A stretch of 64,000 nt of DNA from Chrysomallon squamiferum (lineage: Eukaryota; Animalia; Mollusca). Location of the stretch: the NCBI GenBank assembly GCA_012295275.1, contig CM022679.1, positions 4,712,001-4,776,000 of the forward strand, written 5' to 3'. Positions 1-12,742 of this stretch are shown here, in pieces. The notes beneath the pieces were generated by a model. It was not told the origin of the DNA. It saw only the letters and a program-made list of their open reading frames with translations, and searched no databases. Position numbers and translations under genes: made by a program. How positions within the stretch are numbered: the first letter of the stretch is position 1; the number at the start of each line of letters is the position of its first letter.

Positions 1-672
1 GTCAATTCTACAAGAATTACAGCTAAAATAGTTAATTAACAACTGTAATAGAAATTTTAAAAGTTATCTAAAATGTGTTTAACAGGTTTTCTTGGCAAAA
101 TAATTATATAATGAATATTCAGTTATAAATTTGTGAAGGGAAAACGAAAGTGCTTGTTTTGAATTGTGACAAGGTATAAAACCCCTGGGGCGCTGTTCCA
201 CTGAACAGTTAATGATTTATCATAAATGAAATAATAAGATAAAAGCATAAAAGATTTTTAAAAACCAAGATCTTGAACATTTTAAAATAAGTGGTACTTG
301 TTCATGTAACTCTTGTCAGAATAATTATTATATTTCATTCTTTCTTTTTACAATGAAAATTTCTGATGAAATACTTTTATCATGTTCTTAATTTGTTTTT
401 TTCAGATATCTGATGCAACAGATAAATAAAATTGTTAAATTTATTTATTTATTTATTTATTATATTTCTTTTAGATACTGATAAAAATATCCTATAAGAA
501 ACATTTCTCAAAAAGTCAAATTTAATTTTTAATTTTAATTTTAACAAGTGTTTATTTCTGATGTAAAAATTAATTTAAAAAAATAAAATAAAATAAAAGA
601 TAAAAACAAATGAAAGTTATCACTAAAATAATTTTTTTATTTTTATAAATCAACTATTCTTAATTAACACAG

Positions 673-1675
673 GTAAAACCGTCTGATGAAAAACATTTAT
701 CAAACTGTCCACTCGACAAAGATGAACTGGGACGTAACACATGGTCTTTCCTACACACAATGGCTGCATATTATCCAGGAACACCTTCAGTTCAAGAGAA
801 ATTAAACATGACTCAGTTTATGCAACTTTTTGCACAATTCTATCCATGTGATTACTGTTCCAAAGATTTAAGCAACGAGTAAGTTTTAAGTATTAAACTT
901 TTGTATATCTTCTTCTTCTTTTTCCTTTTTTTTTTTTAAATTTTTTTTTTTTTAACTTCTCCTGTAACTGTAGTAAATGCTTTAGTTCTCAGAGGCAATC
1001 AAATATCACAGAATTTTCAAAGTATCACATTCAGTTTATAAGCATATTTTTCACATAGGTATTCTCTGTTTTCACAATGGTTAAAATTTCTGGTGTCAGA
1101 TTGCTCTATATGTAATTTATTTTTAAATTGTAGAGGAATGTCAGAAATCAAATATTACCAGTAATTCTCATCGCAATGTTAGAAATGTATTCAGATTTCA
1201 AATGAAGATGATCAGCTAGAAGGATTGCATCACTCAATAAAAGTGGAATAGATAATATTAAATAAGCCAGCATATTGGAAAGAAAATTGTTATATTTTAT
1301 TACTGAAAACAAAATATAGTTATAAATAATTAAAACTGATAAATTTGGTCATGACTGATGTCCTTTTTGTAATATTTTAAATTATCAAGTAACCTGCATA
1401 CCTGATTATCTCCCTTCAACTGTATTTTGATTTTTAGTTCTTTGCACTTTTTTTTTTGGTATAGAATAATTATAATTTTGTTTATTTTTATTTTCATTTT
1501 ATTTTTTTTTTTTTTTTTATTTATTCTATTCTATTTTAATTTATTTTATTTTTTATTTATTTATTTATTTATTTATTATTATTTTCTATTTTTTTTTTTT
1601 TATTATTAATTTATTATTATTAATATTTTTTATTTTTTTTTTTTTTTTTTTATTGTTATTATTTATTATTTCTTT

Positions 1676-1722
<47 letters not shown>

Positions 1723-2045
1723 TTTTTTTTTTATTTATTTTTTTATTTATTTATTTATTGTTATTATTATTATTATTATTTATTTTTTATTTTTATTTTT
1801 TTAATTTACTTTTTAATATTATATTTAATACCATACTGATATTAAATGGATGGTTTCTTTTTTTTTATAATTTTTATTTCAGTTTGAAGCAGAGTCCTCC
1901 AGATGTTTCCAGTCAACACAATTTTTCTCAATGGCTGTGTCGACTGCATAACAAAGTGAACAGAAAACTGGGGAAACCTGAGTTCGACTGCAGTCAAGTG
2001 AATGAAAGATGGCGCGATGGATGGAAAGATGGAAGTTGTGGATGA
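673..2045 (+). CDS. GFER: FAD-linked sulfhydryl oxidase ALR/Erv1, last two coding exons (673-878, 1883-2045); 5' exon(s) not identified and probably outside the window
   Basis: AG at 671-672, GT at 879-880 and AG at 1881-1882 give a phase-2 junction. Spliced translation: [122 protein letters not shown]. It has the Erv1/ALR hallmarks LGRxTWxFLH, redox YPCxxC, WLCxxHNxVN and the terminal [11 protein letters not shown]. Confidence 0.96.
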
Positions 2046-2340
2046 CATAATGTGTTGTTTTATACAAATATTTATTAAAATATATAAAAAAAAAAAACAA
2101 GGTAAAACCCCGGACACTACAGGTATAAAAAAAAAAAATAGCAATTTGATGACGTCAATGACACGAGAATTATATTTGCATTAACATGCGTAAACGCACA
2201 CAGACACTGAAACATTCAAGTATATGTACAGACAATATATTTAGGATTTGGATATACATATTTGTACCTGTTTCATGAGTCATCCTTTTGTTTTACTTTC
2301 TCACTCTGTTATTTGTTACCCATGTTACCTGTTTTGTAAT

Positions 2341-2346
2341 AATAAA
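2341..2346 (+). terminator. Candidate poly(A) signal of GFER
   Basis: AATAAA about 295 nt after the GFER stop. AATAAA is common in this AT-rich DNA. Confidence 0.45.
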
Positions 2347-3619
2347 TCGTATTACTTATTAATACTAACTGTTAAACACAGCCGTAACCAGCATTAGAAT
2401 ATCTTTATTACTTTAAGTATTTTTAAAATTAGATGTTAAACTAATATCATGTATAAAGACCTTTAAAACATTTTGTATGCCTCTATTATTATTTTGATTA
2501 AAATTAATACTATTCTTTGCAGATAATAAAGACGACAATAAAGATAATACAACAAACATACAGATATTAGAAAAAAATATATATATATATTTATACCATT
2601 TTTCTATATTTATTACAGTTAAAAAAAGAACTAAAGCATGCTATACCATCTTCCTAATTTATTAAAATTTTCTTGCAAGTTATTAAAACTTGTTACATGG
2701 AAGTTTTAAAAATATTTTGTCTGCTGGCTTAATTCATCATAGGTGCATATTTAAAAATATTTAAACAAATAGAGTTCAGTGTGGAAGTTGTGTTTTGATT
2801 TTATTCTTTGATTCAGAGAAATGTGATGTACATTTATCAGTTTATGATAAACAAGTGTTGCATTAAAATTTATCTTTTATTGCCTAAATAATTTGTGTAC
2901 CTCAAAGAAAGTTATTATTTTATTAATATTATTTTATATTATTATATATGAGTGTGTGTGTGTGTTTGTATATATGCATATACCTTTTTTCTATAAATTT
3001 TTTAAAAATTATTTAATTTGTTTTACTTTTAAATTTATTTATTTAAATTTTTTTTGTTTTTTTTTTCATTTATTTAATTTAATTTTTTTTATTATTATTA
3101 ATTTATCTGTATTCTATATATGTGATTGTTTTTATTTCTTCTTACAAGTAATATAATACAAAACAAACAGTGTTACTTCATTTCATTTACTTGTTAAAAT
3201 GATTGTTTCATTTGTTAATGCAACCATTGCTAATAATAAAGTATCACAAAATAGAATAAATCTGCAAACATATTTGGAAGATCCTCTTGATTCTATCTTT
3301 CATTTTTTTTCTTCTTTTTCATTTTGTTTTTATTTATTTATTTATTTTTCTTCTCCGATTCAGATATGTTATGGCAATTTTGTCTGAAATTTATTTTTTA
3401 GTCACGGAATTAATTAAAGAACAGTAAATTAATGGGGATAATGAAATATTTCACGTGATAAAAAAAATTAACAATTAAACTATATATTTTTCATTCATGT
3501 TCAAATTTTACATGTTGTTTTGCTTCAGTAGAAGTGTGATGTGAAAAGAAATTTTAGTTCCCAATTTATTTCTAAATTGAACTTATGATGATGTGAATAT
3601 AGATAGATAGATATATAGA

Positions 3620-3653
<34 letters not shown>

Positions 3654-4106
3654 CATACATACATACATACATACACTTTATCATCCCATATATACAGTGG
3701 ACCAAACATTTATTACAAATGATGGAAACAACCATTTTCATTTGTTTACAAGCACTCTTTGTCCACTGAATAATCAAAAATTATAACTTACCATTTCCAT
3801 GAGTTGAAAACAAGCCAAATATTCATTACGTCACCAACCACGAAACATAGAATACATCATGCAATTTCTCCAAGGTATTGTTGCAACAATTGTTTTATGA
3901 TGCATGTTGAATTATTGCATCGAATGATCATTAATTAACCTATTTATGGCTGTACTGATCATTAATTTGTCTGTCCATACTGTTCTTCGTCATTTTTTTA
4001 TATCAAATATTAAACATTAATGTATGTTTTTATTTAAATCTTTGTAAACATCTTGGGGTAAAATTTGGATTTTTAATAAAACCTTTAAAATGTATGTGTA
4101 TATGTA

Positions 4107-4149
<43 letters not shown>

Positions 4150-7100
4150 ATTTTTCCATAGAGATTAAGATTGTGAAACCTATAAAACCAACAGAGAAGG
4201 CTTTCCGATATATATTTTTTTCTTTTGCTTCACTTTTCTGCTTAATTGATCCCTAACTCTGTTGTGTTAAAACCCTTGACACACACATTAGGTGTATCTT
4301 AAGAAGTGCAACAACAACAACAACCAAAATGTGATACACCATATTTCTGATATTATTCAATTACTTTATTGTTGGCAAAAATTAGAATTCGAAATGGTGT
4401 ACTTGTCTTTTTCTGATACTTTATCATTTAATAAAAGACTAAAATTTGAACTGTATCTGTATTATTTGAATACTTCATTATTACCAAAGATTAGAATTAA
4501 GCTGTTACTTTTGATTTTTCTGATACTTTATTATCGGCAAATAATGATGTTAAGTATTATGTTCTTTTATTTCCATATTTCAAAACAGTGTACTTACATT
4601 ATTTGAATACTTTATTATTAGCAAATAACAATGTTAAATATTACGTTCTTTTATTTCCATATTTCACTGGAACAACCAAAAAACCTAATGATTTGAAAAT
4701 GTAGAACTTTGCTTCTTTGCTGTTATTAGCAAAGATTCGATCCTAGTACGAAACAGACAATCACTTGGAGGTTTGCATACTTTATATTTCCTTGATTAAT
4801 TATTAACAACACTGAGAATATACTTCAAGTATCTTAAATGATTTATAAAGATCATGTATGAAAGTAAATTTAAAACTTGACAATTGTTTGAATTATATAT
4901 AGTCTGTATTTTGCTACACTGATGTATTTTTGTTTTTCAGGGCACTTTGTGATCAGAATGTATGAATTCATCCACTTTTTAATAAACAGTTTTATACAAC
5001 AGAATGTTATGTTATACATTTCACAGGTAATAAATATTGTGGAAAAAGTACAATCTTGATAATGGAAATAACAGGTAAAAAGAGTCTGAAAACAGTCTTC
5101 ATTTAAAAAATAGTAGATTGTTGTTACTTTACATAAGGACGTTTTTTTTTCCCACAACTTAAGAAATATCAGCTTTATCCTGTCGAGATGTGAATTCCAA
5201 ACCGAGTTAGACATGTATATATATATATATATATATCAGACAAAATAAATAATATATAAAAAGGGAAATGTATAAAAATGAAACAATCTTTCAGTACTAT
5301 ATCACAAATACTGGATAAAAAACAATAAAATCTCAAATGTTTTATATAACGAAACAATTTTTTTTAAAATACTTATTACATTGTAAATATGACTAAGTTT
5401 AATAATGCGAGGAAGAGCTAGGATGAGCAAAATGTTCACAAAATGAAACAGGAATGAAAATTCTTTACAACTAAACTGGGTGGCAAAGCTGATGGGGACA
5501 CTGGTCCTGCTGAGATTAGATCTCATCCATTACAGCTCCTCCATACCTTGGAGGATTTCATAATACACGGTGCCTCCCAAGCTGTGATGTGGTTACAAAA
5601 ACAAACACATTCAACAAATGCACAAAGAAGCAAAGAAAATAAAAATAAAAATGAAGTAAGAATAATTATACGAACACTAACTTTAAAATTTATTAATTTT
5701 TCATGCTTTAAAAAAATAAAATAATAGTAAAAAAATATTATTGCATCCAGATCACAATATCACAGTTATGGAGTTTTAAATCATTGTCTTACAATGTCAT
5801 ATAAAAGTTAAAATAACACGACATGAAATATTATAGTAACAAAAATAAGAATCTTATTCTTTGTAACACACATACATGTATTGGCATGAATATTTATTCA
5901 TACAAATATGTACACAGAGTTTAAAATATATATTATTAAAAAACATTAACATATACATACAGTATAAGATATATCAAAAGAGTCATGAATTTAAAAAAAA
6001 AAAAAACAAGTATTTCATCAAAAAATCTTTGATATTTTCTTCTTTCTTTCATTTTGTGGTTAATTTTAAGAAAAAGACTCAGTCGTGGCTTCCATTAATT
6101 TTAGAATTTTTTACAATTACAGTTTTTGTAAAAAAAAAAAAAAAAAGAAAAACAAATTCTAGTTCAAATTTGCTTTTCAAAGTGTTTTTTAAAGGCATTA
6201 AAATGATTTAACCAGTTAACAAAGTTACTATTTTCACTATTTTTTGTCATATCAAAGATAACAACATTTTTAGTAAAACTGATGCAAATCCCTGTTCTTT
6301 TAATATGCACAAATATATTATATCCCATAAGTGATAAATAATATTACATTCAACAACTAAATGTTGTACTGTATAACAAAAACTGCAAGTAATACTGTTA
6401 ATAAAATGGACCATATGCTATAATTTATTAGTATCTGAACATTTTACTTAGTTCTGTTTACAATGATTTACTGAATTTTGGTCATTGTTTTGTTTTGGTT
6501 TCACCTGGTGTTGTTTTTTCTTTCTGTACTATCTCTGTTTGATTTTTGGCCTCAGTGGACTTCAATACCAGAGTCACCAGACAAATTTCATTTTGAACTG
6601 TCACATGACATGATAAACAGTAATCACTGATAAGTAATTATGTTACACTTCTTGCTTTTTTTTCAAAAATTACTTGGCATCTAACAGTTTACAAATATCA
6701 CAGTATAACAGCAGAAATGAAAAACACACTTTCAGTGAATTCAACTTGAGTTTGGTAAAAATGGCTACTATCAATGCATAAATATTTTGAAAAGTTTTTT
6801 TTTTGAACATGCTGCTCAATAACTGTCTTTCCTGTCTGTGTGACATTCATCTTCATCAAGCTGTTAGAGCCATTTCTCCATAGTTGGGTTATCTCAGGTT
6901 AATGTACTTTCTTTTATGGTTACTGAAAAAGTGCATATAAAAAAGTCCTCGTTATTAATCAAAATAATAAATTTAAAAAAAAAAAAAAAAAAAAAAATAA
7001 AAAAAAATAAGCCTATCAAATGTTCTCTCTTTCATTATTTGTGTGATTCATAACTTTATAAACGACATCAAAAACTATAAATCTAAAATTTGTGGAGAGT

Positions 7101-8045
7101 TCTGTTAACAAATCACATTTAGCTCGTAAATAATAACCATTATCATCGCAAAAATCTATTTCTCATCAATTATTTCTTTCTGATTATATCTCACATCTTT
7201 CTGTGTCTCAGCATCAAATACAAAGAAATAACTTAAATATATTCTGAATACTTAGTAGTTTATTTTTTATTTGATTTTTTGCTGTCCAATATTTAATAAC
7301 AAAAAAGTAAAATATACACATATACATTCTCCTTCCTATCAAATCATGAAAATGATTAAATAATTAATAATGTTTCACAGGTCTTCTGTTGTGCACGACT
7401 GTGTGTGTGTGTGTGTGTGTGTGTGCTTGTTCTTTTGTTTTCTTGGTTCGACTTCTAATAATCATGTTACTGAGGGGCAATTTATTTTGAGAATAAAACA
7501 ATTTGAATTCAGTGTATTGAGTTAAACAGTTTTAAGTAAGAATGAAATGTGGCAACACTTCATATCAAATTACTGTACACTTTGTAAACAGGTATTCCTT
7601 TACATTTATTTTTATATTTTTTATTTATTCATTTGTTTGTTTGTTCTTTTACAGTTACTTTTTGAAGTGCAATATAATAACTATACACACACACAGACAA
7701 GCATGTATTAAAGGTAAAGGATACCTAATTATATTTTTATTTTTAAAAACATTATATAAATTTAAATTTTCTGGAATGCAGCATTTTTAAAAACAAAACC
7801 AAACAACATTTACATTTAATCTTTAAATATTCTAGTAGACAGTAGCCAAAGCTAAAATTATTCAAAATTTAAAACTTTATTAACACAAACAAATTTATAA
7901 TAAAATGTCCTTCATCCATCCCACCCATACATTTCTATAAGCAGCTGTATTATTTAGTCAATTACAGGTTTTCAAAAACTCATTGTCAGATATTACAACT
8001 AAACAATAAAATTACTGTTAAGAACAATTTACCAGTAAATTTGGT

Positions 8046-9408
8046 TTATGCCTTTGATTCATCATGTTCCTGAGGTTCTTTGTTGTGGAAGGTTGCACCA
8101 AAACAAATCTCTTTGCTTTCAGAGTTTGCTGAAGTCTAGCAGTCAAAAAAAAAAAAAAAATAACAGAAATAAAAAAATATGAATATAATATAAACTTTAG
8201 GTTTAAATTAAATACTAATTTTTTGTAATAATAATTATCGTCGTTATCATCATCATCATTACTATTAACAAATGTTACCCAAAGGCAAATTATATTTTCA
8301 AAAATTAAATTATGTTTTCATATATTACTTACACAAACACATATACACACTTCCTCACACATTCCCTCCCTCATTATCTGTATCTCCCCTTCCCTGCAGA
8401 CCCCTCTCTCCCTCCATCATATGTCTGTGTATGTGTGTGTGTGTGAAAGCATGTACATATACAGATATATATTTGTAGACACACACACAAATACACTGAT
8501 GTGTATTTACCACAGGCACCTCATTTAGATTCTCTCGTAAAGCAGGATACTGATCTATACTAGTCAGCTCTTTAAGATTCTCAGCATCTTCATCCTGTAA
8601 GTCAGAAAAGCCTCCTACAGCTCCTTCAGTGACCCTTTCTGTGATAATCTCGTTATAGCCATCCTATGAAAATATATGATTCAGAAATGAAAATTTCAGA
8701 GAAATTCTGACTTAGGTGTGCAAATAATGATAACTATGCTTCAGATGAATGTAAAATATGACAGGATTTTTCCCATGTCACTGAAATTTTATCATCATTG
8801 TAATATTAAATACTTTTATTATCATTTATTACTATTTAACTATAATAATTCTCACACACACACACACTTAGACAGACAGACCATCTGATACGGTTACAAA
8901 TAATGGCATAGTCAGTGCACTATTTATTTATTAATGAATTCAAAACATTATTTTTATATTTTCTAGAACGGGGAAGGAAAAAAAGAAGAAGAAACCATAT
9001 TATGATCATTTCCCAAATCTTATTATATCACATTTTGTAGTTATTAGAAACAAATCTGTCTGTCAGAAACAGGTGAAGTGATTGCATGGAAGGAGACTAT
9101 CACAGTAAATAGTTTAAAACTCAGAAGTGTGCATATTCTTCAGCTTACCAGTGATGGACCCATGTGTTTTTCTGCCGGCAGTTCTGTTTCCTGGATTCCT
9201 GCAATTCAGAGTTGAGAGTGAATTAATACTGGTAACACTGCAGAAGCAAAGTGTATAGTTGTCCCAGAGATTGACACTAAAGACCTCAGTCTGACATGCT
9301 TTGGATCCATTCTGTGTTGCTGTTACATCAGACTACATTTATATAATGGGTGTGTCATTTATTTATTTGTTTATATATTTATTTATTTTATTTATTTATT
9401 TATATATT

Positions 9409-9441
<33 letters not shown>

Positions 9442-11467
9442 GGTAATATTTATAATAATAAAATACAAAAACTACTAAAAACATTTAAAATAATACAGTA
9501 ATAATCATGAAAGTCTAAAATAACATGTAGTAGTAATAGCTGTTTTAAAGTAGTAACTATTCATTCAAGCTAGCTATAAATGAAAACAAAGGCATTAAAC
9601 AATGTTAAAAGATGAATCTACTATGCACGTGTTGGACTAGAATGTTTTGAACTATGATGTTTTGGACTAGGATGTTTTGAACTATGATGTGTTGGACTAG
9701 AATGTTTTGGACTAGAATATTTTGAACTATGATGTGTTGGACTAGAATAGTTTGGACTAGAATATTTTGAACGATGATGTTTTGGACTAGGATGTTTTGA
9801 ACTATGATGTGTTGGACTAGGATGTTTTGGACTAGAATATTTTGAACTATGATGTTTTGGACTAGAATGTTTTGAACTATGATGTTTTGGACTAGGATGT
9901 TTTGAACTATGATGTTTTGGACTAGGATGTTTTGAACTAGGATGTTTTGGACTAGGATGTTCCACACTTCAGACCAGGATATTTCAGAGGACAGTGTTTC
10001 AAACAATGGTGTTTAAAACTAGTAAATTTTGAACAAGGATGTTTTGAACTTGGTTGTTTTGAAGTTGTATGTTATAAAGACTGTTTGTTTGTTGTTGTGT
10101 GTTTTTTTTTCAGGGCAGGACATGTTAGCAACAGCTACCACTGATGGAAATATTAGTGGTTATATGCTGTTCCGTGATACTTTAAAATCATTCATTAATG
10201 ACAGGTCTCCTACATATTTGCCTTTTAACAATATTACCTTATTTGCATATTTGTTTAATTGCCTATTAATAACATTATTCAACTTACCTCCATGTTTGCT
10301 TATTTGTCTATTAATAATATTATCTAACTTACCTGCATATTTATCCATTTGTTTATTTTTATGTGTAAAGAACTCACTTGTATATTTATTTATTTATTTA
10401 TTTATTTATTTTTGGAGGTGGTGGAGTTTCAAATTATTTACATATTTATTAATTTGTTTATTTTTATTCATAAAAATGTTACTGAATTCATTTGCATTTC
10501 TCTTTGTTTATTTGCAAATAAAAGGATCTAAATTACTTACATATTTATTTATTTGTTTTTTTATTTGTAAATCAAATTATCTAATTTATTGGCATATATT
10601 TTTTTTTTTTTTTTTTTGTAATTAACATTATGTGATTTATTTAAATATTTCTTTCTTTTATTTATTATTATTTATTTTTTAAAGTAAAATTAACAAATTC
10701 ACTCATATTTATTTAATTTATTTTTTTGTTTGTAAATAAAATGACCTAACTAACTTATTTACACATTTATTTGTTTGCAAATCAAATTATCTACCTAACT
10801 TACATATTTATTTTATTTTATTATTTAATTAATTATTTTTAAATATTTTATTTTGTGTGAAAGTATTCCAGATCTTACCATTTCTTCTTTGTCTGCCACG
10901 ATTTTCCCTAATCTGCGGACTTTCATCAGTTCCTGAAAAAAAAAAAAAAAAAAAAATAAACTGTTCAAGTTACTTTAATATGACAGGTGGGTGTTTTTTA
11001 TTTTATTTTATTTTATTTTATTTTTTATTTAATTCATTTTATTTTTTTGTAAATAAAATTACCTACATCACTTACAAATTTAACTTCTTTTTTTTTTTAT
11101 TTACATTGTTTTTTTTTTTTTTTTTTTTTTTGGTAAATAAAAGTTGTTTGTTTATTTATTTACTCACCTGTAGACAAAACATTAGATCTTAAAAATACTG
11201 TTTGTAGCCACTGCTTTTCTGAAAGAAACACAAAATAACTGATAAGTTTAAAATACATTAAAAATAAACTATTTTGAGAAAAAAACCTCTGTTGTTAAAC
11301 CTAACATTGTTGTTGTTGTTTTTGTTCTTGTTCTTGTTCTTCTTGGTGTATTGTTCACTGCTATTTTTTATTTTTTATTTTTTTGGTTTCATCATTATTA
11401 ATATAATGCTATACTATTATTATTATAATTATTATTACTGTTGTTCATTATTACCATTATTAATGTC

Positions 11468-11506
<39 letters not shown>

Positions 11507-12703
11507 GCATTATTATCCTCATTATCAGTGTTATTATATTAGTGACACACTAATGTGTTGTTGTTGCTGTTATTGTCGTTATCATTATTGCTGTTCATTA
11601 TTAATGTCATCATTATTATTATTATTATACCATTATTATCCTCATTATCAGTATTATATTAGTAACACACATTAGTGTGTGTATGTGTGTGTGAAAGTAT
11701 TCCAGATCTTACCATTTCTTCTTTCTCTGCCACGATTTTCCCTAATCTGCAGGCTTTCGTCAGTTCCTTAAAATAAATTTTAAAAAAATAAACTGTTCAA
11801 GTTACTTTAATATGACAGGTGTGAGTTTTTTTATTTTATTTTATTTTATTTTATTATTTTTAAATATATTTTTTTTATTTATCTTTCTTTTATTTATTAT
11901 TATTTATTTTTTAAAGTAAAATTAACAAATTCACTCATATTTATTTAATTTATTTTTTTGTTTGTAAATAAAATGACGTAACTTATTTACACATTTATTT
12001 GTTTGCAAATCAAATTATCTACCTAACTTACATATTTATTTTATTTTATTATTTATTTAATTATTTTTAAATATTTTATTTTGTGTGAAAGTATTCCAGA
12101 TCTTACCATTTCTTCTTTGTCTGCCACGATTTTCCCTAATCTGCGGACTTTCATCAGTTCCTGAAAGTAAATCAAAAAAAATAAACTGTTCAAGTTACTT
12201 TAATATGACAGGTGGGTGTTTTTTATTTTATTTTATTTTATTTTATTTTTTATTTAATTCATTTTATTTTTTTGTAAATAAAATTACCTACATCACTTAC
12301 AAATTTAACTTCTTTTTTTTTATATTTACATTGTTTTTTTTTTTTGTTTGTTTTTTTCGTTTTTTTTGGTAAATAAAAGTTGTTTGTTTATTTATTTACT
12401 CACCTGTAGACAAAACATTAGACGGTGTACTGTTGTAGCCACTGCTGGTGGCTTCTGAAAGAAACACAAAATAACTGATAAGTTTAAAATACATTAAAAA
12501 TAAACTATTTTGAGAAAAAAACCTCTGTTGTTAAACCTAACATTGTTGTTGTTGTTTTTGTTCTTGTTCTTGTTCTTCTTGGTGTATTGTTCACTGCTAT
12601 TTTTTATTTTTTATTTTTTTGGTTTCATCATTATTAATATAATGCTATACTATTATTATTATAATTATTATTACTGTTGTTCATTATTACCATTATTAAT
12701 GTC

Positions 12704-12742
<39 letters not shown>

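Noticed and set aside
1427-1882. F/I/Y/L-rich ORFs, including the N-terminal part of ORF 1653..2045
   Set aside because: Translation of T-rich intron. Only 1883-2045 is the real GFER exon.
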